Shown here in pieces: positions 12,692-22,712 of a DNA stretch of 64,000 nucleotides. The DNA is taken from NCBI GenBank assembly GCA_965116585.1, contig OZ220714.1:2211461-2275460 (forward strand), in the 5' to 3' direction. The position numbers and the translations under genes were made by a program. This DNA is from Gammaproteobacteria bacterium. Lineage in GTDB: Bacteria; Pseudomonadota; Gammaproteobacteria; Eutrophobiales; Eutrophobiaceae. Under the pieces are notes generated by a model. The model worked only from the letters and a program-made list of their open reading frames with translations, was not told the DNA's origin and ran no database searches. The first letter of the stretch is position 1. Each line of letters begins with the position of its first letter.

Positions 12692-14212
12692 ATGTTTGCA
12701 GAATACCAACCATTAATCAATGCCGCGCTGGACAGGGTTTATGACGTTGCCCGCCGTTCTCCCCTGGATTACGCCGCGCAAGCCGCGCGCGCGTTGGATA
12801 ACCATGTCTGGCTGAAGCGGGAAGATCAGCAGTCGGTGTTTTCCTACAAGCTGCGCGGCGCGTATAACCTGATCGCCACGCTGGATGATGAACGGAAGCG
12901 CAACGGTGTTATCGCCGCTTCCGCGGGGAATCATGCCCAGGGTGTGGCCCTGGCCGCCGGCAAGATGAATCTCAGCGCCACCATCGTCATGCCCAAGACC
13001 GCGCCGGAGATCAAGGTCAGCGCGGTGCGGCGGCTGGACGCCAGGGTGGTGCTGTACGGCAATACCTATGACGAGGCGCGCCTGCATGCGGAAGATCTCG
13101 CCGCTACCGAGGGTCGGACATTCATTCCGCCCTACGACCACCCGCTGGTCATTGCCGGGCAGGCGACTGTCGGGGTGGAACTGTTGCAGCAATGCGAACA
13201 GCAACCGGACTGCATTTTTGTCCCGGTCGGCGGCGGCGGCCTGGTGGCGGGGATTGCCCTGCACGTGAAAGCGCACAGCCCCGGCACCCGGATCATTGGT
13301 GTGGAACACGACGGCGCGGCCAGCATGTACCGGGCCTTGCAAGCCGGGACCAGGGTGATACTGGATCACGTGGATATTTTTGCCGATGGCGCCGCGGTGC
13401 GGCAGGCCGGGGAGGAGACGTTCAGGATCTGCCGGGAACTGGTCGATGAGGTGCTGATGGTCAGTCTGGATGAGATCTGTGCAGCGGTAAAGGACATCTT
13501 CGAGGATACCCGTTCCATTCCCGAACCTGCCGGCGCGCTGGCCCTGACCGGATTGAAACAATATGTGCAACGGGAAAACCTGCAAGGCAGGCATCTGGCT
13601 GCCATCGTCAGCGGCGCCAACGTGAACTTTGACCGCCTGCGTCACATCGCCGAGCTCTCCGCACTGGGCGAGCAACGGGAGGCATTGCTATGTATCACCA
13701 TTTCCGAACGCCCCGGCAGTTTTCGCAAGCTCTGCCATGACCTGGGCCCGCGCCAGATCACGGAATTCAACTATCGCTACTGTGACAGCGACGACGCGCA
13801 TATCTTCGTGGGCATACAGTTACGCCACGGAGTCCGGGAGAAGAACCAGCTACTGGTCAATTTGCGCGACAAGGGCTACCAGGTCATCGACCTGAGCAAC
13901 GACGAAGTGGCAAAGATGCACATCCGCTACATGGTGGGCGGCCATGCGTCCGGTCTCAACGATGAGTTACTGTACCGTTTTGAATTTCCCGAGCGTTCCG
14001 GGGCGTTGCTGCATTTTCTTACACAGTTGAGCAGCCGTTGGAATATAAGCCTGTTCCATTACCGCAATCACGGGGCTGCCTACGGGCGCGTGCTGATGGG
14101 CATACAAGTGCCGTCCCGGCAGTCCGGCGAGTTCCAGCAATTTCTGGACGGACTGGGCATTGAATACTCGGAGGAGACCAACAACCCTGCTTACCGGGTG
14201 TTTTTGAACTGA
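12692..14212 (+). CDS. ilvA: Biosynthetic threonine dehydratase
   Basis: 506-aa PLP-dependent protein (SFKLRGA-type: SYKLRGAYN) with two C-terminal ACT-like regulatory repeats. Confidence 0.95.
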   Translation: MFAEYQPLINAALDRVYDVARRSPLDYAAQAARALDNHVWLKREDQQSVFSYKLRGAYNLIATLDDERKRNGVIAASAGNHAQGVALAAGKMNLSATIVMPKTAPEIKVSAVRRLDARVVLYGNTYDEARLHAEDLAATEGRTFIPPYDHPLVIAGQATVGVELLQQCEQQPDCIFVPVGGGGLVAGIALHVKAHSPGTRIIGVEHDGAASMYRALQAGTRVILDHVDIFADGAAVRQAGEETFRICRELVDEVLMVSLDEICAAVKDIFEDTRSIPEPAGALALTGLKQYVQRENLQGRHLAAIVSGANVNFDRLRHIAELSALGEQREALLCITISERPGSFRKLCHDLGPRQITEFNYRYCDSDDAHIFVGIQLRHGVREKNQLLVNLRDKGYQVIDLSNDEVAKMHIRYMVGGHASGLNDELLYRFEFPERSGALLHFLTQLSSRWNISLFHYRNHGAAYGRVLMGIQVPSRQSGEFQQFLDGLGIEYSEETNNPAYRVFLN

Positions 14213-14291
14213 ATAGCCAGGGAAGGCATCCGTCATTCCCGCGCCGGCGGGAATCCAGCCATACAAAGAGTCGCCTCCGGCAACCCTTACT

Positions 14292-14326
14292 CCCCTTCAT
14301 TCCGGGACAGGCCCGGAATGAAGGGG
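14292..14326. terminator. Perfect 15-bp-stem hairpin between ilvA and the 6S RNA
   Basis: CCCCTTCATTCCGGG-ACAGG-CCCGGAATGAAGGGG. Confidence 0.5.
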
Positions 14327-14333
14327 AAGAATC

Positions 14334-14530
14334 AGGCGGGTATCAACCGTCGTGCCGTTACGGGCAATAAACTTGAACCAGGGGTTCAAGTGGGAACAGC
14401 AGGCGCTACATCAGGCTTCCCACTACAAGTGGGCGTGCACACAATAGCGCGGTTCAGTTCCCTTTCTACACGAAATAAGCTCAAGTTTCTGCAGGCCCAG
14501 ACGCGCACACGACAGAAGATACCCTAAACT
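14334..14530 (-). ncRNA. ssrS: 6S RNA (ends approximate)
   Basis: On the minus strand the closing stem is GGGUAUCUUCUGUCGUG / CACGACGGUUGAUACCC. The 3' half CACUUGAACCCCUGGUUCAAGUUUAUUGCCCGUAACGGCA parallels E. coli 6S CACCUUGAACCAAGGGUUCAAGGGUUACAGCCUGCGGCGGCA. It lies immediately downstream of zapA, as in E. coli. Confidence 0.7.
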
Positions 14531-14560
14531 TTAACTGGTGAGAAATACGGGCTTAATCAA

Positions 14561-14857
14561 TCACTCTTCAACCAGCACATCATCAATCTTGGCTTGCAGG
14601 CGCTGTACCAGCGAGCCTACGGATTCAGTATAGTGCTCGTTTTGTTGTTTGTATACGAGTAACTCGTTGGCGATATTCAACGCGGTCATGACCACTACGC
14701 GCTCCGTCCCGATCACCTTGCCGCTGTTTTTTACTTCCAGCAGTTTCTCGTTCACAAATTCCACAACGGAATGTAGCTGCTCGCGCTCTTCTTCCGGGCA
14801 CGAGATAAGGTATTCCTTGTCGAGAATCGATACCCGGACCGGTCTGGTTTGTGTCAT
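14561..14857 (-). CDS. zapA: Cell division protein ZapA
   Basis: 98-aa protein (VRVSILDKEYLISCPEEEREQL...) in the zapA-ssrS arrangement, divergent from pepP. Confidence 0.9.
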   Translation of the reverse strand: MTQTRPVRVSILDKEYLISCPEEEREQLHSVVEFVNEKLLEVKNSGKVIGTERVVVMTALNIANELLVYKQQNEHYTESVGSLVQRLQAKIDDVLVEE

Positions 14858-15078
14858 GAGCGGGTATCCATAGCCTTCAGGCGCGCAATCATGGACTCGA
14901 CACGAAACCTCGCCTGTTCTGTTTTTTCAATGAGCGCCGCACGCTCACCGATCAGGTTTTTTTGTTGGTGGCGCAATGCGGAATTCTCATTTTTCAACGC
15001 GTCAACTGTCTTGATCAGTTCATCAACCCGCGCTTCAAGCACCCCCAGATCTACGTTTTCCAGATTTTTTTCCGACAT
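14854..15078 (-). CDS. Short coiled-coil protein (ZapB-like / TIGR02449-like)
   Basis: 74-aa heptad-rich sequence (LEARVDELIKTVDALKNENSALRHQQ...). Its stop overlaps the zapA start. The start is chosen at ATG 15078, but alternatives exist upstream. Confidence 0.55.
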   Translation of the reverse strand: MSEKNLENVDLGVLEARVDELIKTVDALKNENSALRHQQKNLIGERAALIEKTEQARFRVESMIARLKAMDTRS

Positions 15079-15215
15079 GCTGTTGCCCCCATCACGAATT
15101 TCCCCCAGATACCTGTCAATATAAATCGCTGTTGCATCACGGTCAAGCATGGTGAAGTCATTGCTTTTGACCGTGTATAACGGTACGGTAGAGCTTTTAA
15201 CCCGCAGCACAATAT

Positions 15216-16526
15216 ATGCAACGCAGTGAATACGGCAAGCGCCGCAAGAAGTTCATGGACATGCTCGGTGATGACAGCATCGCCATCCTGCCGGCCGCGA
15301 CCGAGAAAATACGCAATCGCGACGTCTCCTTTCGCTATCGCCCCGACAGTGATTTTTATTATTTGACCGGCTTTGCCGAGCCGGAAGCCGTGCTGACGCT
15401 GATCCCCGGCCGCGCACAGGGTGAGTTTATCCTGTTCTGTCGCGAGCGTAATCCGGAAAAGGAAACCTGGCACGGCGCGCGGGCCGGATTGGAGGGCGCG
15501 CGCCAGGACTACAACGCGCAAGACGCGTATCCCTTTGCCGATATGGATGACATCCTGCCCGGGTTGCTGGAAAACCGGGGACGGATCTATTACACCATGG
15601 GCAACGACGCGGCATTCGACCAGCGCGTCCTGGGTTGGGTCAACCAGGTGCGCGGCAAGGTTCGCAGTGGGGTTCACGCGCCGGAGGAATTTATTTCCCT
15701 GAACCACATTTTGCACGATATGCGTCTTTATAAAAGCCGCGGCGAGGTCAGCAAAATGCGTAAAGCTGCCGCCATATCGGCTGATGCCCACGTGCGCGCC
15801 ATGCAGGCATGCCGGCCGGGTATGACGGAATACCAGATCGAGGCCGAACTCCTGCATGAATTCATGTGCCAGGGTGCGCACAGCGCAGCCTATCCCTGCA
15901 TCGTGGGTAGTGGCGCGAACAGTTGTGTGTTGCATTACAGCGATAACACCAGGGAAATGCAGGCGGGAGATATCCTGTTGATTGACGCCGGCGCCGAGTA
16001 TGAATGTTATGCCAGTGACGTGACCCGCACCTTCCCCGTCAACGGCCGTTTCAGCGGTCGCCAGCGCGCCATATATGAACTGGTGCTGGCCGCGCAGCTT
16101 GCCGCTATCGATGCAGTGAGGCCGGGCAATCACTGGAACGAACCCCATAAAGCAGTTATTGACGTCTTCACCGAAGGGCTGGTTACCCTGGGAATTCTGC
16201 AGGGGGACCTGGAAACCCTTAAGCAAGAGGAAGCCTACAAGCGCTATTTCATGCACAAGACCGGCCATTGGTTGGGCATGGACGTACACGACGTGGGTGA
16301 TTACAAGATTGGTGAAGAGTGGCGCCTGCTGGAACCGGGTATGGCGCTCACTATCGAACCGGGGCTGTATTTCACCCCGCAGAAAGGTCTGGCCGAGGAA
16401 TGGTGGAACATCGGCGTGCGGATTGAAGATGACGTGCTGGTCACGAAAACCGGGCACGAGGTGCTGAGCAAGGACGCGCCCAAGACCATCGCAGAGATCG
16501 AGGCGGTGATGACGGCAAGCAGCTAA
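15216..16526 (+). CDS. pepP: Xaa-Pro aminopeptidase
   Basis: 436-aa M24B protein with DSDFYYLTGF, HGTGHWLG-type (HKTGHWLGMDVHD) and IEPG...GVRIEDDVLV motifs. Confidence 0.93.
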   Translation: MQRSEYGKRRKKFMDMLGDDSIAILPAATEKIRNRDVSFRYRPDSDFYYLTGFAEPEAVLTLIPGRAQGEFILFCRERNPEKETWHGARAGLEGARQDYNAQDAYPFADMDDILPGLLENRGRIYYTMGNDAAFDQRVLGWVNQVRGKVRSGVHAPEEFISLNHILHDMRLYKSRGEVSKMRKAAAISADAHVRAMQACRPGMTEYQIEAELLHEFMCQGAHSAAYPCIVGSGANSCVLHYSDNTREMQAGDILLIDAGAEYECYASDVTRTFPVNGRFSGRQRAIYELVLAAQLAAIDAVRPGNHWNEPHKAVIDVFTEGLVTLGILQGDLETLKQEEAYKRYFMHKTGHWLGMDVHDVGDYKIGEEWRLLEPGMALTIEPGLYFTPQKGLAEEWWNIGVRIEDDVLVTKTGHEVLSKDAPKTIAEIEAVMTASS

Positions 16527-16566
16527 CCAGACTGCAAGGACACAGGGTTCACAGAGCGTTGCGGCG

Positions 16567-19080
16567 ATGCACGATATCGCAATCATTGGTGGCGGCATGG
16601 CGGGGGCGGGGCTTGCCTGTGCCCTGGCCGGGGAGGACGTCAGTATTGCCCTGGTTGAGGAGCGCCCCGCGCGCGCGGATCATCCCCACAGTGATGATGC
16701 AAGAGGCATTGCCTTATCGCTTTCTTCCCGGAAGATACTGGCTGAGACAGGGCTGTGGCCAAAACTGGAACCACTTACCTGTCCCGTTGAACAGGTGCAC
16801 GTCAGCACGCGTGGCCGCATAGGTTGTGTCAGGCTCTCCGCCGGTATGCTCAGCCTTGATGCGCTGGGCCACGTAATCCCCGCACACGAACTGGGGCGGG
16901 CATTGTTCGGCGAACTGGCCGCACACGATAATATCGACCTGTTCTGCCCCGCGGCCGCGCACGGCGCGGAACATAATCCCGACTCAATGTCTGTGCGCGT
17001 CCGGCAGGCCGGCGCCGAGACCGTGATCAGGTGCCGGCTGCTGGTGATCGCAGACGGCGCCTTCTCCAACCTGAGGGAGCTGGTCGGGATCAAGGCCAGG
17101 AAGCATGATTATCAGCAGACCGCCATCGTGGCGAATGTCACGGTGTCGCGGGCCCACCGCAACACGGCATACGAGCGTTTTATTCCCGGTGGCCTGGTGG
17201 CCGTACTGCCGTTGCCTGGCGGCCTGCGTTGCGTCACGGTACTGGTAGCGCAGACAGACCGCGCCGCGCGTTACCTGCAACTGGACGATGAGGGCTATCT
17301 CCGTTTGCTGCAACAGACATTCGGCAAGCGTCTGGGAGAGTTATCCGAGCCGGGTCCCAGGCAGTCCTGGCCGCTGTTGTTACTGCAACCTGAACGCCAG
17401 ACCGGCGCTCGGGTCGTCTTGCTGGGTAACGCGGCCCACACCATCCACCCCAACGGCGCCCAGGGACTCAATCTGGTGCTGCGGGACACGGCAGTCCTGG
17501 CCGGGCTGTTGCGGGAGACGTTACGGGACGGCGGCGACGTGGGCGCGCCGGCGATCCTGGATGCCTACGCAGCGAGCAGACAAGCCGACCAGAGTCAGGT
17601 TGTCCGTTTCACGGATATGCTGCAAAAGACGTCCGGTGTCACGAACCCGTTTAAGTCGGCATTACGAGGGAGCGTCATGCTGGCGCTGGATACGCTGCCC
17701 GGCCTGAAGCGGGAGTTCATGCAGCGCACCACCGGGTTGCGTTTCGGGAAACAAGAGACAAGAGGCGAGCAACCGGGCAAAGTGTCCGGCAAGCAAAGGC
17801 CGGCGCGAGCAAACGAAAGGGCAGGCGGAGAAGTTTCATCCTTGAGTCGCCGCGCCCCTGTCTCTCGCGCCCCGGATACGGAACTTCTCATCGTCGGCGG
17901 CGGTGTGATCGGCAGCGCCATGGCGTTACTGGCGGCAGCGGACGGCGCCGACTGTATCCTGGTCGAACGTGCCACTCAGCCTGCGGCTGAAGCGCCGGTA
18001 CAAGACGCCCGGGCGCTGGCCATAACCCCCGCATCGAGGCAAATCCTCGACGCGGTGCAGGCCTGGCCGCTGCTTGCGGCAGCGGATATCGGCCGTTTCC
18101 GGCAGATGCATGTATGGGATGCAAACGGCACAGGCGAGTTGTGCTTCGACAGCGCCGATATCGGTCTGCCGGCCCTGGGCTATATCGTGTTGCAGAACGT
18201 GCTGGTACGGGCGCTGGAGTCGGTGCGGGCCAGGCAGCCGGGCATTGCGCTGCATGCCGGCGCCGAACCGGTTGGCCTCAGCAAGATGGGCAATGCCGTC
18301 CGTGTGGAATTGAGTGACGGCCGTAAAGTATCGGCAAAACTGCTGGTTGGCGCCGATGGGACCCGATCGAAGGTCAGGCAGCTTGCCGGCATCGAGTATC
18401 CGCTGCATTGTTACCGGCAAACAGCGGTAGCAGGCATCGTGCAGACGGAGTTGGAGCACGCACAGGTTGCCCGGCAACGCTTTCTTACAGACGGCCCGCT
18501 GGCATTTTTGCCGTTGGCCGACGCAAAGCGTTGCGGGGTGGTCTGGTCCACCGCGCCGGACCATGCGGAAGCGTTGCTTGCCATGGACGCTGCGACGTTT
18601 CAGCGCGCGCTGGAGGAGGCGTTCGAGCATACTCTGGGTGCGCTTACCCGGGTTGAACTGAGACAGAGTTTTCCACTGCGGAGGGCGCAGGCGCAACGCT
18701 ACTGTGCGGAGCGCATTGCCCTGGTCGGAGATGCCGCGCATTGCGTCCATCCCCTGGCCGGCATGGGCGCCAACCTGGGACTGCTCGACGTGGCCGGTTT
18801 GTGCCAGGTCATCAGCGCGGCAAGGGGAATGGGGCGGGATCCCGGCAGCAGCCTCGTACTGAGAAAGTACGAGAGGTGGCGCAAGGGTGAAAATTATATG
18901 GCCATGATGACCCTGGAGGGGTTAAAATACCTGTTCGAAAACCAGACCTTGCCCATCCCGGCGCTGAGGAATACCGGGATGGAACTGTTTAATTCTTTCC
19001 AGGCATTGAAGAACTTCACCATGCGCCGGGCTGTGGGTGTGGACGGCGATTTGCCTGACTTGTTGATTCCGGATGGATAG
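16567..19080 (+). CDS. Fused tandem UbiH-like and UbiI/UbiF-like FAD-dependent ubiquinone-biosynthesis hydroxylases (single 837-aa ORF)
   Basis: It contains two complete monooxygenase units, each with its own dinucleotide fold (IIGGGMAGAG; IVGGGVIGSA), DG..S motif and GNAAH/GDAAH motif. A low-complexity linker joins them at aa 394-436. pepP lies upstream, as in the E. coli pepP-ubiH-ubiI locus. Confidence 0.85.
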   Translation: MHDIAIIGGGMAGAGLACALAGEDVSIALVEERPARADHPHSDDARGIALSLSSRKILAETGLWPKLEPLTCPVEQVHVSTRGRIGCVRLSAGMLSLDALGHVIPAHELGRALFGELAAHDNIDLFCPAAAHGAEHNPDSMSVRVRQAGAETVIRCRLLVIADGAFSNLRELVGIKARKHDYQQTAIVANVTVSRAHRNTAYERFIPGGLVAVLPLPGGLRCVTVLVAQTDRAARYLQLDDEGYLRLLQQTFGKRLGELSEPGPRQSWPLLLLQPERQTGARVVLLGNAAHTIHPNGAQGLNLVLRDTAVLAGLLRETLRDGGDVGAPAILDAYAASRQADQSQVVRFTDMLQKTSGVTNPFKSALRGSVMLALDTLPGLKREFMQRTTGLRFGKQETRGEQPGKVSGKQRPARANERAGGEVSSLSRRAPVSRAPDTELLIVGGGVIGSAMALLAAADGADCILVERATQPAAEAPVQDARALAITPASRQILDAVQAWPLLAAADIGRFRQMHVWDANGTGELCFDSADIGLPALGYIVLQNVLVRALESVRARQPGIALHAGAEPVGLSKMGNAVRVELSDGRKVSAKLLVGADGTRSKVRQLAGIEYPLHCYRQTAVAGIVQTELEHAQVARQRFLTDGPLAFLPLADAKRCGVVWSTAPDHAEALLAMDAATFQRALEEAFEHTLGALTRVELRQSFPLRRAQAQRYCAERIALVGDAAHCVHPLAGMGANLGLLDVAGLCQVISAARGMGRDPGSSLVLRKYERWRKGENYMAMMTLEGLKYLFENQTLPIPALRNTGMELFNSFQALKNFTMRRAVGVDGDLPDLLIPDG

Positions 19081-19322
19081 CCCGCATATCTCACCAAGTG
19101 ATGCGAAGATCGCGCAGGATTTTTTTTGCCTGCGGGTGCCTGCGACCGAAAGCATAGCGGTAGCTATGGTTGAGGAAGCACGTGCCCGCAGGCGAAAAAA
19201 AGACCAGCGAGGGCGCATCAAGTGCAGTGTGTTATGTCGAAAAAGTTCGAATATTATCATAACTAATTGACAGCAAAAATGTTTCAGATTGCAACAAGCG
19301 ACTTGGTGAGATATGCGGGCTA
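19078..19322. repeat. 245-bp nested palindromic intergenic element bounded by perfect 22-bp inverted repeats
   Basis: TAGCCCGCATATCTCACCAAGT at 19078-19099 pairs with its exact reverse complement at 19301-19322. An inner palindrome lies at 19120-19201. Confidence 0.85.
19120..19201. terminator. Bidirectional terminator-like structure T8-GCCTGCGGG...CCCGCAGGC-G-A7 with a structured 48-nt loop
   Basis: A 9-bp GC-rich stem is flanked by a T-run on one side and an A-run on the other. The loop contains the hairpin CATAGC-GGT-AGCTATG. Confidence 0.5.
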
Positions 19323-20989
19323 GTACATCTCCAACGCATTTTATCCGCAAGATCATTGAGGATGACATGGCACAGGGCCGTTACCCTGCAGGCATCCACA
19401 CGCGTTTTCCCCCGGAACCCAACGGCTACCTGCACATCGGTCACGCCAAGGCCATCTGCCTGAACTTCGGCATGGCTGCGGAGTACCGGGGACAATGCAA
19501 CCTGCGCTTCGACGACACCAACCCGGAAAAGGAAGATATGAAATACGTCGAAGCCATACAGGAAGACGTGCGCTGGCTGGGGTTCGACTGGGAAGACAGG
19601 TTGTTTTTTGCCTCGGATTATTTCACCCGCTTATTCGAGTTTGCCATTGAGTTGATCGAGCAGGGCAAGGCTTACGTGGACGCACTGAGCGCGCAGCAGA
19701 TGCGGGAATACCGCGGCACCCTGACGGAACCGGGAGTCGACAGCCCGTACCGGGACCGGCCGGTTGCCGAGAACCTGGACTTGTTCCACAGGATGAAAGC
19801 CGGAGAGTTTGCCGACGGCGAACTGTCGCTGAGGGCAAGGATCGATATGCGGGCCGCCAACCTGAACCTGCGCGACCCGGTGATTTACCGCATCCGCAGG
19901 GCTCGTCACTACCGCAGTGGCGATGCCTGGTGCATTTATCCCATGTACGATTTTACCCACTGCCTGTCCGATGCGCTGGAGCACGTGACCCACTCGCTGT
20001 GCAGCCTGGAGTTCGAGGACCACCGGCCCTTGTACGACTGGTTTATCGACAACCTGGAAACGCCCGCGCGCCCGCGCCAGTATGAGTTCGCCCGTCTCAA
20101 CCTTGAGTACACGGTGTTGAGCAAGCGCAAGCTGATCGAACTGGTGGAGGACGGCCACGTGCGCGGCTGGGATGACCCGCGCATGCCCACCCTGTCCGGC
20201 CTGCGCCGGCGCGGGTTTACACCGGCATCCATCCGTGAGTTCTGTGAGCGTATCGGGCTGACCAAGAACGACACCTGGATCGACGCGGGTGTGCTGGAGC
20301 ACGCCATTCGGGATGAACTGGGCGCTACCGCGCCGCGTCGTATGGCAGTACTGCGCCCCCTGAAAGTGGTCATCGAAAACTACCCGGACGACCAGGAAGA
20401 ACTGCTGGAGGCCGCCAACCATCCGCAGGACCCCTCCATGGGGACGCGCGAGGTACCGTTCAGCAAGGTGCTCTACATCGAGCAGGATGATTTCATGGAG
20501 GATGCGCCGAGGAAATTCTTCCGCCTGGCGCCGGGCCGGGAAGTACGCCTGCGCTATGCCTATTTCATTACCTGTAACGAAGTGATCAAGGATGAAAATA
20601 CCGGCGCGGTGCTCGAGTTACGCTGTAGCTACGACCCGGCTACCCGCGGCGGGAATGCCCCCGACGGGCGTAAGGTCAAGGGCACCTTGCACTGGGTATC
20701 AGCCCGCCATGCGTACCCGGCGCAGGTCAGGCTGTATGACCGGCTGTTTTCCGCCGCCAACCCCGACCGGGGCGAACAGGACTGGAAAGCCTGTCTCAAC
20801 CCGGATTCCCTGGAGACGCTGGACGATTGCCTCATCGAACCGGACCTGGCACAGGCGGAACCGGAACAGCGCATCCAGTTTGAACGGCTGGGCTACTTCT
20901 GTGCCGACCGGCATGACTGGCGCCCGCACCGGCCGGTGTTCAACCGTATCGTAACGCTGCGCGATAGCTGGGCGAAGGTAAGTAGATAA
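19313..20989 (+). CDS. glnS: Glutaminyl-tRNA synthetase
   Basis: 558-aa protein with [26 protein letters not shown] (HIGH) and VLSKRKL (KMSKS-like). It aligns along its length with E. coli GlnS as I recall it. Confidence 0.95.
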   Translation: MRASTSPTHFIRKIIEDDMAQGRYPAGIHTRFPPEPNGYLHIGHAKAICLNFGMAAEYRGQCNLRFDDTNPEKEDMKYVEAIQEDVRWLGFDWEDRLFFASDYFTRLFEFAIELIEQGKAYVDALSAQQMREYRGTLTEPGVDSPYRDRPVAENLDLFHRMKAGEFADGELSLRARIDMRAANLNLRDPVIYRIRRARHYRSGDAWCIYPMYDFTHCLSDALEHVTHSLCSLEFEDHRPLYDWFIDNLETPARPRQYEFARLNLEYTVLSKRKLIELVEDGHVRGWDDPRMPTLSGLRRRGFTPASIREFCERIGLTKNDTWIDAGVLEHAIRDELGATAPRRMAVLRPLKVVIENYPDDQEELLEAANHPQDPSMGTREVPFSKVLYIEQDDFMEDAPRKFFRLAPGREVRLRYAYFITCNEVIKDENTGAVLELRCSYDPATRGGNAPDGRKVKGTLHWVSARHAYPAQVRLYDRLFSAANPDRGEQDWKACLNPDSLETLDDCLIEPDLAQAEPEQRIQFERLGYFCADRHDWRPHRPVFNRIVTLRDSWAKVSR

Positions 20990-21022
20990 AGACAAACAAC
21001 AAACACTCAACCAGGAGCTAAC

Positions 21023-21916
21023 ATGACAAACTCAAACACATCACTCTATCAATCAGAAATCGGCAGCCTGCCTCTGCTGAACCGGGGCAAGGTGCGCGAC
21101 ATTTACGATGTGGATGACGACCACCTGCTGATCGTCACCAGTGACCGCATCTCCGCCTTCGACGTGGTGCTGCCCGATCCGATCCCGGGCAAGGGCAATG
21201 TGCTGACCACGGTGTCCAACTTCTGGTTTGCCCGGACAGAGAATCTGGTCGCCAACCACCTGACCGGGCGCGGCCTGGATTCCATCGGCCTCAGCAATGA
21301 TGAGGCCGGCCAACTGGAAGGCCGCGCCATCGTAGTCAGGAAGCTGAAGCCCCTGCCGGTGGAGGCCATCGTGCGCGGCTATATCATCGGCTCCGGCTGG
21401 AAAGACTACCAGCGCAGCGGCGCGGTGTGCGGCATCGAGCTGCCGGCCGGCCTGCAACAGGCACAACAATTGCCGGAACCCATTTTCACGCCCTCCACCA
21501 AGGCAGAGGCCGGTGAGCACGATGAAAATATCAGCTTTGCGCAAACCGTCGAATTGCTGGGCGCCGAGCTGGCCGACAAGGTGCGCACGCTTAGCCTGAC
21601 CATCTATCAACAGGCCGCGCAATACGCCGCGCAAAGAGGGATCATCATCGCCGACACCAAGCTGGAATTCGGCTTTGACGCCAACAACGAGTTATACCTG
21701 ATCGATGAGGTGCTGACACCGGATTCATCCCGCTTCTGGCCGGCGGATTCCTACCGCGTCGGCATCAGTCCGCCCAGTTTTGACAAGCAGTACCTGCGCG
21801 ACTACCTGGAAACCCTGGACTGGAATAAACAGGCCCCCGGCCCGGTATTGCCGGATGGGGTCATCAGCCAGACTGCTGCCAAATACCGGGAAGCGCAGGA
21901 CCGGCTGCTGGAATGA
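21023..21916 (+). CDS. purC: SAICAR synthase (long form)
   Basis: 297-aa protein with [15 protein letters not shown] and ADTKLEFG. Confidence 0.95.
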   Translation: MTNSNTSLYQSEIGSLPLLNRGKVRDIYDVDDDHLLIVTSDRISAFDVVLPDPIPGKGNVLTTVSNFWFARTENLVANHLTGRGLDSIGLSNDEAGQLEGRAIVVRKLKPLPVEAIVRGYIIGSGWKDYQRSGAVCGIELPAGLQQAQQLPEPIFTPSTKAEAGEHDENISFAQTVELLGAELADKVRTLSLTIYQQAAQYAAQRGIIIADTKLEFGFDANNELYLIDEVLTPDSSRFWPADSYRVGISPPSFDKQYLRDYLETLDWNKQAPGPVLPDGVISQTAAKYREAQDRLLE

Positions 21917-22701
21917 TCCCCCTTCACGACGACAACCCCACGGAGATCTTTCCGGCACTGACCGTCACCTTCATCGCGGCCTGTATCCTCGTGTTCCTGT
22001 GGCAGGCGTCACTGGGTTCGCAGGGCTACCAGGCGGCAGTCTATGCTCTGGGCGTCATCCCCGCCGTGTTGCTTAACAAGGTATCACTGCCGGTGGAACT
22101 GGCCGTAGTGCCGCCCACCCTGACCGTGTTCACCTCCATGTTCATGCATGGCGGCTTCATGCACCTGGCCGGCAACATGCTGTTCCTGTGGATCTTCGGC
22201 AACAATGTGGAAGATGCCATGGGGCATGGCCGTTTTATCGTGTTCTACCTGCTGTGCGGGATCGCCGCGGTGTTCGGCCAGGTAATGCAAAACCCGGCCT
22301 CCCAGATCCCCATGATCGGCGCCAGCGGCGCGATTTCGGGAGTGCTGGGCGCATACCTCATCCTTTATCCGCGCGCCAGGGTGCTGGTACTGATTCCCCT
22401 GGGATTTTTCATGCAACTGGTAAGATTGCCGGCCATGTGGGTCTTGGGCCTGTGGTTCGCTATTCAGTTGATCAGCTCGGCGCTTACTTCATCGGAAGGC
22501 GGCGGCGTAGCCTGGTTCGCCCACATCGGCGGCTTCCTCGCCGGCATGGCGCTGATCCCGTTCTTCAAACGCGGCAACGTCACCTTGTTCCACAAAGCCC
22601 ACGGCTCCAAACGCTTCACCAAGCGAGTAACCCACTGGCCACAGGGCCACCATAATCAACTGGAGAATGCCGCAAGGCGCTGGTCGGGGCGGGGGAGGTA
22701 G
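21913..22701 (+). CDS. Rhomboid-family intramembrane serine protease
   Basis: Multi-TM protein with [26 protein letters not shown] (catalytic Ser) and AHIGGFLAG (catalytic His). Confidence 0.85.
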   Translation: MIPLHDDNPTEIFPALTVTFIAACILVFLWQASLGSQGYQAAVYALGVIPAVLLNKVSLPVELAVVPPTLTVFTSMFMHGGFMHLAGNMLFLWIFGNNVEDAMGHGRFIVFYLLCGIAAVFGQVMQNPASQIPMIGASGAISGVLGAYLILYPRARVLVLIPLGFFMQLVRLPAMWVLGLWFAIQLISSALTSSEGGGVAWFAHIGGFLAGMALIPFFKRGNVTLFHKAHGSKRFTKRVTHWPQGHHNQLENAARRWSGRGR

Positions 22702-22712
22702 TGGAATACCTT

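Noticed and set aside
14318-14527. A 69-aa plus-strand ORF between ilvA and zapA
   Set aside because: It overlaps the 6S RNA candidate on the opposite strand. It has no RBS and no family resemblance. The RNA interpretation explains the conservation-like features better.
15051-16598. A 515-aa ORF antisense to pepP, and similar long antisense ORFs (12713..13675, 35790..36794, 51767..53002, 56572..57627, 59264..60475, 62114..63508)
   Set aside because: Each lies entirely opposite a gene with clear family motifs. Their translations are Arg/Gly/His/Pro/Ala-rich and low in complexity, as expected for stop-poor shadow frames in GC-rich coding DNA. None has a recognisable domain.
19073-19495. Two ORFs on opposite strands (19073..19270 plus, 19232..19495 minus), both containing SPHISPS
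   Set aside because: The shared peptide is an artefact of translating the two arms of the 22-bp inverted repeat. The region is better explained as a structured intergenic element with a terminator and the glnS leader.
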